Source: Lama glama (lineage: Eukaryota). Taken from it: a stretch of 64,000 bases of DNA. How positions within the stretch are numbered: the first letter of the stretch is position 1; every line of letters starts with the position of its first letter. Both the position numbers and the translations under genes were made by a program. The notes beneath the pieces were generated by a model. That model did no database searches. It was not told the DNA's origin and saw only the letters and a list, made by a program, of their open reading frames with translations. Shown here in pieces: positions 1-12,190 of the stretch. The stretch is taken from the NCBI GenBank assembly GCA_028534125.1, contig CM052817.1:100566001-100630000 (forward strand), read 5' to 3'.

Positions 1-1255
1 AGCTTATGCCACTTTCATAAGCCAAATCTATTCAAAGGGTTCAGTTTCAGATTGAGCCAGCAAGAATAAATATTTTTTCTGGGACAATGTCATTTTTAAA
101 AATCACTCCAAAGAAGCTATTGCTTCTTTTTTCAGGAAAAAAGATGTTTTTTCCACTTTGCTTTTTCCTGGAGTTATGCTGAGTTTCACCCACTAACCAT
201 GATGAAACCACTTTATTAATATCCAATATGAAATAATTATTACTGGGACTCTCTTTAATGCTCTTAGAATATTTAGAATGGTTATCTGAAAAAAATCAAC
301 TCCTGCTCTCTTCAAATTTGAAGTTTCAGGACCATTTGCATTTATATTTATACTTATGTGAATATAAATGGTATTTTATATTATCTTCTTAGCTGATCTA
401 TAATTAGTGGCATATACATAATTAGTGAAAATATAAATCACAGTAACACTGATTGCTTAATGTTATATTATTTCTGTTTGCTGGCAAAAATGAAACCATG
501 AAGACTGAAACATCAATAAAAGAACTATACCTAAACTTTGTCTCATTAAAACAGACAAGAATGCTCCTATGATTATAATTCATCTATGATAAAAAAAAAC
601 CCAGATCTCTTATATAAAGATATTAAAACAAATGGGCATAAATAAAAGAAATGCTGTAAGAATGTAATTGGCATGGGAAATCTGATCATGTATATGTATG
701 CATGTGTGTGTGATGGGGCGGGAAGGGGGTTGATTAGCAGAAAAAGATATACATGTGAAATTTCGTATATTGCAAAAATAATTACATAATGTAAGTAACA
801 GAGAACTACAATACAATCCAACAGAATCATAAAACTACCAGTCCTGAAGGAACCTAAGATAAAAAACAAAATAAGAAAAAAAATTGCTGTTTTAATAAAA
901 TCAGCATTTTAAAAAATCTACTACTATAATGAACATACCAAGATAATTAAAGGCTGGATTTCAAATAACCTGGGAAAAAGTTCTGGTAAAGAAACAATCA
1001 AATTAATGACTCTCAATAGCTTAGTGTCATACATGACTTATCTAGGGTGGAAAGAAGACACACAGTCCGTAAGTATACTTCAATCTGAAAATTATATTAA
1101 GTCCAGGCAGCTTATCATTTCTAGCCCTCTTTAATACTAATTAAGAGTGTTAAACTGACAATACTGAATACCATAATTAGCATGCAATGTCTAAAGGTGG
1201 TAGCTGTTGATTTATATTCTCAAATAGCACCCAATGAAGAATATAATTGATAATC

Positions 1256-1487
1256 CTTACCTCTTTAGGGAGCAAGGAAATGAAGTCTCGCTGAAACTGG
1301 GGTTCTATCACTTGCATCATATGTTTTACTTGGGTTGGTTCACAACTATCAATAAGTTCATCTAAAGCAAGCAATTTCTCTGGTCCACTCCAGCTCTATC
1401 AAAGAGGAATTAGAAATTTTTATTATTTTAATAAGTGCCTCAAATTATAAGCTCATAAAGGAAAATCTACATCCACATACAACATAA
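1256..1487 (+). pseudogene. FBXW7-AS1: Disrupted counterpart of the antisense DEAR/DEspR (FBXW7-AS1) reading frame
   Basis: Plus strand reads LTSLGSKEMKSR*NWGSITCIICFTWVGSQLSISSSKASNFSGPLQLYQR, matching recalled DEAR/DEspR peptides. In-frame TGA at 1292-1294. Confidence 0.65.
1261..1395 (-). CDS. FBXW7: FBXW7 shared exon (135 nt; D domain and start of F-box: SWSGPEKLLALDELIDSCEPTQVKHMMQVIEPQFQRDFISLLPKE)
   Basis: Acceptor GATAG|AGC; donor GAG|GTAAGG; phase 0 at both ends. Overlaps ORF-track hit 1177..1374. Confidence 0.97.
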
Positions 1488-4039
1488 AAGGTGGCAGCTT
1501 GTAGTGACATTTTCTCCAGAAGGCACTGAAGTCATAATCATTTAGTCTCATCAAGTTTATCAGCTACCTTTATTTTGTAAAAGCTTTAAAAAAATCATGG
1601 TTTTGACTGGAAAATATTTTTGCCTTATATTATTCTAATTGTTATATGTTCATCTGCAACAAAGATACTGGCTGAGAAATCATAATTTTATTAAAACATC
1701 AGTTTGGGCAACTGAGTAAATAGAGAATTTTGACAGATGATTTTCCTTCCTTTCTTTCTAGTAGGCACCAACCATAAAATTTAATAGTTTTAGTAAGGCA
1801 CTCATCGGAAGGAGACTGGCAACATCAAGTAGAGAAAAATTAATAACTGGATAGATTGCACATCTGACAACTATCTTCCAGAAACTAAGAGGATTTTAAT
1901 TTGCTATGTGAAAATAATTTCAGATAAAAAAATGGTAAACAACAGAAAATGGTAGCTCTCTTAGTAGTAAAAATAGAATATAAACAAAGGCTGAAATAAA
2001 AGAGGGTAAGAAATAAAGTACACATTATGGAAAAACAAAAACACATATTATGCCTTGAAAATATGAGCTCCTTTAAACTATGTTAAGGAGATTGTTTTCA
2101 TTATTTTTCCCCCATGAGGAACACTTGCACAGAAATGCCATGATTCTTAAAAGGGAAAACCAAAAAGCCATGTGAATCATTTAAAATGTTAGGACCTCCC
2201 CTCACAATAATCAAGTAAAACATTTAAATAACCTTGAAACACTTACATGAAAACACATCCTTGAGCAGGCTGATATAGTACCTTTGTGAATTATGATGTC
2301 CATTTTGGAAGTGGGTGAAGAGAGATCAGCAGGTAAGGTTTGGAGCTAGAAAGATCTGGATTCTGACTTTCCATTTCTTGCTCAAACTAGGAATCCGGAT
2401 TTTGTAACATATAAATAACTGAAAACTGAGATATACTGAGGATACTGGAAGCTTTATTTAGAATACTTTTTAAAGTATTTCTTAAGATATTAACCCCTTC
2501 AGAACCTCAAGGAATCTCATCTCTTCCTTCCTATCATTAAAGTGTAGACTATGGTAATGCTATCAAACGTTTCAGTGGTACTTCCGTAGTACTACAATGT
2601 AATAATGTCATAAACATTGTATCTTAATCCTCATTTAATGAGGAGAATATCACTGAGGAGATGTGAGGAGAATAACCCTAGAGAATATCCCCATTTTACC
2701 ATCAAATATGAGGAAACAGAGGTTCTAATAAGCTGTGTTGTTTCCTTTAATTTTGATACATACACGAACCTCGAACATTCTCCTTGAGTACTCACTGTGT
2801 ATCCTTTTTGGTTAGGGTGAGGATTTACACATAGAAATTAAAAATACTAATATACATGTATACGGACACGTATGACCAATCAAAAGCAGTTAATTCATAC
2901 TTTACTTCACTCCATCTCCCTCTAATAGCTTCAAACCCTGGTTCAAAACTTACCTCTTTGACAAAACTTACAATGATCAATCTCCACTCATCTCTGACTT
3001 AGTAACAATACTATAAACTCTGATTTATTGATTACATTCCTTAAGGATTTGAGGTGGGTTTTTATAATATGCTATACCTCTCCATCTACATTACAAGGAT
3101 TCATGGACATTAGTATAAGGACAGGCCCTTCTGGGTGATGAATAACTGTGCTGACCTGATTAAAATGCAGCTTTAATTAAGTCACTTGATAGAATAATTT
3201 TAATGCAAAATTCTTAATCTCCTTTGCATATATGAATGCTAGCTTCAAAAATATTTTTTGGAAATATTTATGGTTAAATTTTGATATAAAACTATAAGAT
3301 GTGATCTTCAAAGGAAAAAAAATAGTAAAAAGATCTTTCAATATACTACTACTCTATAATTTACATATATATTACATTAATGACTACTATGAATATTTCT
3401 AATTTAAGGTAATATACTATGCATGTTTAATGTTCTCTATTTTTTCAGTTAATGTATTTTACTGTTTTTTAAAAAGAAAGTAATAGAAAAACAGTATCAG
3501 TACATGGTATATAACTGCTAATAGATAAAAAATGTCTTTTATCAAGGATTTTAGGCACTGGGGTGATTCTAGAATGAAAAAAGCAGAATAGATGATAAAT
3601 AACTAATTCAGATCTTAGGTATATGTTAGAAAGTATGTCAGAAATTGCTATATATTTAAGGCAAAGTCTATGATGAAAATTACTTCCACATAGCAAAATG
3701 CTTTTAAGACTTTAAATAACGCTCTTATGTTGTTTTAAAATAATATTTAGCAAGTTAAATAAATTTAAATTATATTTCAATTTGAATTATACATACATTC
3801 AGCAGATTTTACTTTGTGACATTTTACTGAAAAGTATACCACCGACAAAGATTAGCAGCATAAGCTGTAAACTACAAAGTTGACGAGACTATTTTCACGG
3901 ACCATACATATTCAACAGTCCAATTACTTAAAATCACGTCTCTTATATGGTTCCATCTAAGGTCTGGACCACATTTCTCTCCAGCCTGGATTTCATTCCT
4001 GAACCCCAGACCTGTATATAAAATTGTGTCTGTAACAGA

Positions 4040-4828
4040 AAATTACTATGTCTACAATCTTTCTCTTCAAATATGCACATCCACAGTCTTTCCTATTTCT
4101 GTAAAATGTAACTCTTATTGTATTGCTTTGTTCAGGCCCAAAACTGGAGTCATCCCTAACTCCTCCACTCTCACCATCAGAGAGTTCTGATCCATCAGGG
4201 AAATCTAAGGCCTTAAAATTCAAAATATATCTAGAATCTATTAGTAACGGGCCTAAGCTACTATTATCTCTCGCCTGGATTATTCCTATAACCTCTTAGA
4301 GGGTCTCCCAGTTTCCCACCTTAATCCTCCTAGTTCTCTTCTCCACAAACTAGTCAGAGTGATAGGGCTAACAGTCACCCCCTCGTCCGCTTGAAACCCT
4401 CCAGGGGCTTCCCACTTCACGCCAAGTAAAAGCCAAAGCCTTCAGGTTGGCCTACAAGGTTCTAATTTCCTACTCCTCTCCCTCGTTTACTCTACTTTAG
4501 CCCCAGATACTTTCTGTGTCTCAAACACAGCCAGCAAGCTCTGCTTCAGAGCATCTTCTCACTTGCTGTTCCCTGGACCATTCTGTCCTGAGATGTCCAC
4601 ATGCTTTGCTTCCTTACTTCCTTCTCTGAGACCTTCTCCAGGAGACCGTTCTAAGACTGCAAATCCGTGTGAAATCCCCCCACCCAATTCCTCTCCTGAC
4701 TAGAATTAAGTTCTCCAAAATAAGGATTTTTTTTGTCTGTTTTGTTTATTACTGTATCCCAGATCCAAATTTAGGGCCTAGCATCTTAAAGATGCTCAGT
4801 AAATATTTGCTGAATAAATGAATGAATC
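4040..4828 (+). mobile_element. LINE-2 3' fragment
   Basis: L2 body motifs (CTCGCCTGGATTATT, GGCTTCCCACTTCAC) and L2 tail GCTCAGTAAATATTTGCTGAATAAATGAATGAAT. Confidence 0.8.
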
Positions 4829-5580
4829 CTCAAAGAGCCAGGAAATACTATACTGACACTATCTCAAAACTCCTTCTAGAAAGAGTTTCTATTCTTTATA
4901 TTTGATGGTATCAACTAGGATCTGCTTGCTTAGTCTGGTTTCAAGACTGATTCCCAGTTTTGCATATATACATGGTTTAGCAGCAAGGGAAGGACGTATT
5001 AACTTGAAAACCTTGTAGCTAATGACTATATTAAAATAAAATGACAACAACCCACACCAGTCTTTAATGAGGACTAGTGGAAAGAATACTGAACCGGGGA
5101 TCAGGAAAGCTAACTTTTGTAGGAGATACTGCCATTAATTAGGTTACAGTTTAATCTCTGCAGGCCTTAGTTTCTTTATCTGAAAAAGTGTTGGAAATTC
5201 TGATCCTAATTATTTTATTTCTGCTCTGAAAATAGCTGTTCTGGAAATGAAAAGAGCATTTCCCTTTGGTCTTTCATGGTAAAGTTATGTGGGGATACAT
5301 GGAAGTGGGTAGGAAAAACATTCCAAATTCAGAAAGGATCCAGATAAACAAAATTTAATTTGTAGACAAAATTGCAAATGCAAACTTGAAAATTCCCCAT
5401 GAAAGTGCTGTTTTCTTTCAGGTAATTAGAGAATACAGGCAGCAGAGAAGAGCAGAAGGAGCCCTGAGCTGTAATCAGGGGCCTAGGTTCCACCCGTGAA
5501 CTCAGTGCGCAACTGCATGGAAGCCCCTTATTAGTCTGCATCCCAGAGACCCGACCTGTATAATGAGGGGCTTGGCCAGA

Positions 5581-5750
5581 CCAGCGGTTCTCAAATGCTG
5601 GTTGAATGGTGCAAGCATCCTGGAGTCCTATAACCCACCATCAAAGAGTCCGACTCAGTGGTCAAGGTGGGGCTGAGGACACTGCATGTTTTAAATAACC
5701 AACTCAGCCAGTGCTGATGCAGGTGACTCACAAACCATCAACGGCGTACT
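5581..5750. mobile_element. MER5-like DNA transposon
   Basis: CAGCGGTTCTCAAA terminus; GACTCAGTGGTC...GGTGGGGC...TGCATGTTTTAA...GCTGATGCAG. Confidence 0.6.
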
Positions 5751-6878
5751 AGTCTGAATGATTCTTAGTATTCTGTTCAGACAAATATTTTATGACTTCG
5801 GGCAGTATAGCACCTGAATTTCATGTGGTCAAGAACTCACTTCTCTAGTACCTCCAGGACATGGGGAGCCAGTCTGTTTGAACAGCTCCAGGTTTGGAGT
5901 ACTTACTATCTCCCATTCTACTCTGGGTCAGTTCTCATTGTTAAGTTCAACTTAACAACAAAGTCCAACTCAAAGAATATGATCCAAGTTTTGTTTTCTG
6001 AAGAAACCAAGAATCAGTCTGACTCTTACAGAGAAGTCTTCAAAATGTCAGACAGAAACATTTTCCCTTACTTTTCTTTGGCTAAATACATGACTTTCTT
6101 CAACTCTTCCTCATACAACAGAGCCTCTTAATCATACTGTTTCAAATACAATGGCAAAGTAATACTGAATTCATTTTCTTTTGGCACTATCCTGTTTTAG
6201 TATTTTGTTGACTAGCAAATAAAAGAGATCCAAATACCTTAGAAAACATGTACAATTTCTAAGTGTTACCAGAAAACTTAAGTCTTTCACAAGAGTAGCT
6301 TTTACTCCACTTTTAATTTCAAAACACAGTATTTTCTACTTTATCATTTAAAAAGTATTATGGGAAAAAATAATAAAAGAATATTGTGAGTATAACAGGT
6401 ATTTTCAAAATACATTCATTTAATACAATACAAATATGTTTTGATTAAAATAATGCTAATAATATTAATCTGATGACATTTATATGAAGCTCATGTTAAT
6501 AGCCTTTTTTTTTTTTACACCTGAGGAAACTGAGGCTCATAAAGGCTATTTCTTGACTAGGAGAGGAAACTAACATTTACTGAGTTTCCACTGTATTTCC
6601 AAGAATAGCTTTAAGCACATTTACATGTCTTCTCCCTTTTGACAACTTTTTAGTGTTATATCTATTTTATAGAGGCTAAGAATAAAGGCAAGAGTAGTTA
6701 CATAATATCAACAAAATCACCCAAGTGTTAAGAGGTAAGGCCAGGATTTGTACTAAAAGCTTTTTCTTCTAAGTCAAAGTGCTTCTCATTATAACAGGAT
6801 GCCTCTGAATATTAATTTCAACATCAGAGCCTGTTAATGCTATTGGTGTCTTTACCTAGTGAAGTGAAAGTTTACTAG

Positions 6879-6917
6879 TATTTGCAAGTGAAAAACTATT
6901 TGCAAGTGAAAAACTAT
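6879..6917. repeat. 18-bp tandem duplication
   Basis: TATTTGCAAGTGAAAAAC twice, followed by TAT. Confidence 0.9.
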
Positions 6918-7786
6918 GTATTAATACTCAACGAGACAAAAAAAAAATGACCAATCATCTCCCCCAAAATTAACAAGCTGAAGCATCAAATCTGGTTGCC
7001 AAAAAAAGAACCAATGGCAACTGAAAATTCAAACAGTACAAAATTTCCGTTGGGTTTTTTTTTTTCAGTTTTGTTTTTAATTTGCACTTCTATTTTGGAG
7101 TGGCATTCTGTTTCAATTTCCCTTTATCTAAAATGGTGTATCATTTGTTCTCATTCAATTTATAAATTGAGTACAGAGTACTTTGTCAGAATAGATGGCG
7201 CTGGACCAAAACAATGCTGTATCACCGTCTTAGGAGCAATAGCAGAACAGTAAGGGGACAAGCTCTCCCATTTCGCTTGTTATGCAACAGAAAAGTCATC
7301 ATTAAATGCCCCCACAGCATATCTGCAGAAATCATGCCAGTTTAATTATCCCTCAACTATACCACATAGGTCAACTCACGACTCCCTCACTTTATTAAGA
7401 AATTCTCTCTCTCTACAAGTTAAGCGTTAAAGCATTGTAAGCCTTTAGACAAGTGATTCATTTCTAGTTACTTTGGCACCAGCCCTGAAAATAAAGGGCG
7501 GTGCACCACAATGAGGCCCTGGGTGTGTCGAGGCAGACGTGGTACTCAAAAGGATTAAGGTCTCGACCTACCTGTATAGTTGGACTTCTGTTGTGAGTAA
7601 ATTTCTTTGCTACATAATATTTATGTGAAAAAAAATACGTATATAGTACTATACCTGTAGGGATAACTGTACATGGTATTCCTATTAGCTAAGAACATGT
7701 TTTCTTCACTGCATCTACTTCTCAAATGAAAAGTGATCAAATGGGCCTTTCTGCAGGACAAAAGCTAGCCTAATATTCTTTAGTTT

Positions 7787-7900
7787 ACTGAATCTCATTA
7801 ATTCTAAGACACACTTTTTTTTTTTTTTTTTTACAATTTACATTCTGAAGTTAGGATGCATCTAGTAATCTACGGTACATGAGACTGATGATATACAGTA
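7787..7900. mobile_element. TcMar-Tc2 MITE, MER104-like
   Basis: Degenerate terminal inverted repeats TACTGAATCTCATTAATTCTAAGA / TGAGACTGATGATATACAGTA with TA flanks and an internal T-run. Confidence 0.55.
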
Positions 7901-8696
7901 CGTGGTAACATGAGGACATTTCATTCAGGGAAGTGTGAATGAGCTAAACAAGCAAACACTGTACACAGGACCCGCTAAAACACCCTCATGGCAAAATAAA
8001 GCACAAATGCCCCCCACTATAGATCAGTATTTGAAAGAGTTCTCTTAAAATGGGTAAAGAACTTAAATGGCTAGCAAAGAATATTCTGGAACTCTAAAAC
8101 ATTGGAAAAAATAGACCCACCTCACATACTAAATAAATCTCACTCTAGACTACCTTCCAATAAGAAGCAAAACATTTCATATAACATAAACATTTTGGAG
8201 GCTGTCTACAACGGTAAGACTACTACTGATAGTGTAATTTTCCATCACGTGGGTACTTGCCTATAAAAATGATATGAAAGTGGCCTCTGCACACTCGCAA
8301 GTGCTGTGTTGCTCACACTGTATGCGTGTGTAAACGTGACAACACACACCCATACTCCCATCTCCTTGGCTGAATCAGAGATGGTAAAAACTCTTTAAAG
8401 CATTTTTTAAGACTCTGTAAATGTCTGAGTTCTTTTTTCACCTCTTATGATGGGATACATCTCTTAGATGTGACACAAAACTTAGAATTCTGAGGGCATA
8501 CATAGGAAAAAATTAAAATGAAAAAAAAAATCATGAACCTGCGATAAAAGAACTAGGGTGAGGACGGGGAATAATCCTTAAGGAAAGGTAAGTATAATTA
8601 ACAAATGACTATGAAAACAAAACAAAAAACACTTTTTAACTGTAGTGGTTCATGACATTATAATAACAGTAAAGTACAGTTTCCAGGCTTGTACGG

Positions 8697-8878
8697 TATA
8701 GATTCTCAGTCTCAGCACAACTGATATTTTGGGCTGGATAGCTCTGTGTTGTGGGAGGCTGTCCTTCACATCGGCTCTTCTTGTCAGATGCCAGCAGTGT
8801 CTGGCCCCCACCCCCTCAGCTGTAACAAACAAAAATGTTTCAGCCAAGGGAAAATTTGCCCCCTACCAGGAACCACTG
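8697..8878 (+). mobile_element. hAT-Charlie MITE, MER20-like
   Basis: GATATTTTGGGCTGGATAGCTCTGTGTTGTGGGAGGCTGTCC...AGATGCCAG...GAACCACTG. Confidence 0.75.
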
Positions 8879-9807
8879 CTCTGATCTCTCAATTACCAAC
8901 TCCTCTCAAAAAAGGTTTTCCTAGTTTCTCTGAAGTCACCTGAAGGGTAGAAAACAATTTTAAAAATCCATTTTAAAGAAAGATTGCTTCAAGTGAGTTT
9001 TCCAGCCACAGAAGAAAAAAACTGGGACATTTAGTTTTTGCCCAGGTATTTAAAATACTGAGATTTAGACGAATGGACACCTTAAAAATCTGAAATATCA
9101 AATAAAATCAATAAAGTATTTTCTTCAACCATTATTCCCTATGTATCCATAAAATACTACCAATGGAGCAGCCAGAGGTAAAGAAATATATTCATTTTAC
9201 ATTAGTACGGTGGCTAGTATCAGAGATACCTTCACTTAATGTAATTTATATTATTTACTTTTTACAAGGAATAAGTAACCAAATGTTTAACCCATGACAA
9301 CTATTTGCTAAATACTTGATTTCTATGCATTATCTCCCTAGAAGAAGTGATAAATCAATTAAATGTCACTATCATGAGTTACGAAATTTGTAAGATTCAA
9401 GGTTTGGTTGTAGCCAATCTTCCCGGTAAACTTCCAAAAATTTAAATGCTAGTAAAATACAGTCATCAGAATTTGAGCACAATAAGCCACACCCAAGCAC
9501 GGCACAGATGAAAGAAGCTGCAATCAACTCTTAGAGGCTACGAGGGTAATAGTGATGGATAAGTTACCACGAGTGACTAGTGTAATTCTTACGCTACTGC
9601 TAAATGCTTAACTTCCAAACAATGCAGTTTAGGAAACAAGTACATTCAGGAATCCCAGAAACCCAAACATATAGGAGGAAAAGAAGAAAGGTCTTTTTAT
9701 CTAAAAAGCAATAAAAAATGCAAATGCACACTTACACAAAATAAGCACTGGACCCTCTTGATTAATACACCTAAAAATTAAAGTGTGTTCCCTTATTTTT
9801 AACAGCA

Positions 9808-10165
9808 TTTTTTATTGAGACATACTTCACATAATATAAAATCCACCGTTTAAATGTTCACTTCAACAGTTTCCAGCACACCCATCTTGCTGTGCAACCA
9901 TCGCCACTATCCAACTCCAAAACACTTAACATCAATCCTAATAGAAACCCCGCACCTACAGGCAGTTAGTCTCAAACGGCCCTCCCAGCATCACCTAGCA
10001 ATCACTTATCTGCTTCCTGTCTCTATGGATTTGCCTGTTCCGGGTATTTCATATAATCACACATTATGTGGCTTTTTGTGTCTGGCTTCATTCACTTAGC
10101 ATAATGTTTTCGAGGTTCATCCATGTGTAGCATATAATAGCTCCTTTTCATGGCTGAATAATCCT
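9808..10165 (-). mobile_element. LINE-1 3'UTR fragment (L1MB-like)
   Basis: Typical reversed L1 end: TTTTTATTGAGA...TGTGCAACCATC...CTATGGATTTGCCTGTTC...GGTTCATCCATGT. Confidence 0.8.
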
Positions 10166-10220
10166 TTATTTTTTGCAGCAATTAAGTGAATATTTCAAGT
10201 ACTGTGTTTAGACATGTCAC

Positions 10221-10362
10221 CTGAAACATTTTCAGCCATTCCTGGAGGCCTGTGGGTGGTTGGACAGAAGTAATTCGGCGTCGTTGTTGTCCTTGGCCAT
10301 TGGCTGCTCTCAGGTCTCCAAAAGTTGTTGGTGTTGCTGAACATGGTACAAGCCCAGTGGTA
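10221..10362 (-). CDS. FBXW7: FBXW7 shared exon (142 nt; -STTGLVPCSATPTTFGDLRAANGQGQQRRRITSVQPPTGLQEWLKMFQ)
   Basis: Acceptor CTGTAG|T ACC completes the split Ser codon from the previous exon; donor CAG|GTGACA. Encodes the start of the D (dimerisation) domain. Confidence 0.97.
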
Positions 10363-11984
10363 CTACAGAAAATACAAGAGTAGAAGCAAACATAGATATT
10401 TATTAAGAATAATGGGCTCTAATACAATAAGAATGGGATGATATAGCATAGTTCAAACATCAATCAAATTATTATTTTCATTTGCTTATTCCCAGAGAGC
10501 AAGGACACACAAAACCTAATCTGCTATTCTTAGAGCAAGTTTCCTCCCTCCTACATAACCACCTGTTTTTATCCGAGCAAAGCTAACTGCAACCAAATGA
10601 CAAAATCTCTACAGCAAACTGAAAGTTGTTGATAACATACAAATGATGTTAAAACATTTCCTTAGAAGATTTAGATTTTACTTCTCTTATGACTGGTCTC
10701 CAGTGACACAATTAAACAAAAGTTTTAATTTTTTCTACGAAAAGGAGTGTGAGACTTATTAATGTTTTAAAAAAATTAATATGTAGAAGTAGTATGGTCA
10801 AATGTTTCAGACATTTTACCAGTCTTATCAGTCATTAAGTTGCCTCAGATGCCTTCTAAATAATTTGTAGTATTTGTCTATTTCTTTCCAATTTTCTATT
10901 GTTATTTTAAAGCTAGTATAGATAAGACTAGATAATATTTGACAGGAAAAAGCTTTGATTAGAAATGTATTTACTCAAACAGGTAAGTAGTGAGAACTTA
11001 TTATATTATATGCAAAATTAAATGAGATCATCAAATACTTTTATCCAATAATTTAAACTTTGAGACAGTTTTAAAAAAAAACCCATAAACCTGAAATTCA
11101 ATTAATTCTGCCACTAGTAAAATAAGAGATGATCTATCTTTAAAATTGTCCAACTCTCCTAAAAATGACTAATAGCAGAAAAAGTAGTTAGAACTATGTT
11201 ATTAATATATTAAACGTTCTACTTTCTAATCTCAATGCCTAATTTAATTATTTAAACGCAAGGTAAATAATGAACATCTCTATTTTAGAGACGTGGGGGA
11301 AAAGGAGCAGGAAGATTCAGTTAACAAAATCACATTTGTAAAATAATTTTCAGTTTATTGAGCTATGATAATAAAGTGCTTTAAATCCAGAGAACATATA
11401 AACTGTATCCTAACAGTTGACTATCAAGCTCTGAAAAATTACTAATGAAACAACTCCAATTCTTTTCTATCCAGCGTTTCTCATTATTTTGGTAGAAAAT
11501 GCATCTTAGTCACTACTAAATTTTACAGAAAAATCTTCCTATCTACCACCTTTAAATCTTTCAACATTATACATCTAAGATGGTCTGTAACATTCAACAA
11601 TTAAATTTATTTTTTCTTCTATCAAATTTCAAAAGTAAGCTCTATTTTCTTCTCTGAAATGAAATGTGATTATAACTTACATTTTCTAATAAAAATGATG
11701 AAAAAGTCATACTTTCATCTTATTATTAGAAAATCTTTCAACAAAACTGAAAAATATCAAATATATACTGACAAAGTCTCCAAAAAGACATGGAAATCAA
11801 TATGCTGTTTGGTTTGCTTTAAGAAAATTGTATTTTAAAAAGCTAAAAATAAAAGTTTCACCTTTGCAGGTGCTTTCTCAATATAAAAAGCGAGCAAGTA
11901 AAGACAAATTTTACTAAAATGTGTTCTGCTTTAAAAATTCAGTTTTCATTAATAAACTACCTTAAGAACAAATGAACCATTTAA

Positions 11985-12190
11985 GACTTTTGCCCGGGTA
12001 CTAGCTGTATTAGTAGAAGACCAAATTTATATGGCTGGGTGAAATCTATACAGTAAAAAAAAACTCATTTTAAACATTAAACTCAACGACTTTTGCCCGG
12101 GTACTAGCTGTATTAGTAGAAGACCAAATTTATATGGCTGGCTGAAATCTATACAGTAAAAAAAACCTCATTTTAAACATTAAACTCAAC
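11985..12190. repeat. 103-bp tandem duplication (2 copies, 2 substitutions)
   Basis: GACTTTTGCCCGGGTACTAGC...CATTAAACTCAAC occurs at 11985-12087 and again at 12088-12190. Confidence 0.97.

Noticed and set aside
1177..1374. 65-aa ORF as a stand-alone gene
   Set aside because: It is the FBXW7 exon read through its splice donor into intron.
11985..12190. CRISPR-like array
   Set aside because: Only two adjacent copies with no spacers, in a mammalian intron.
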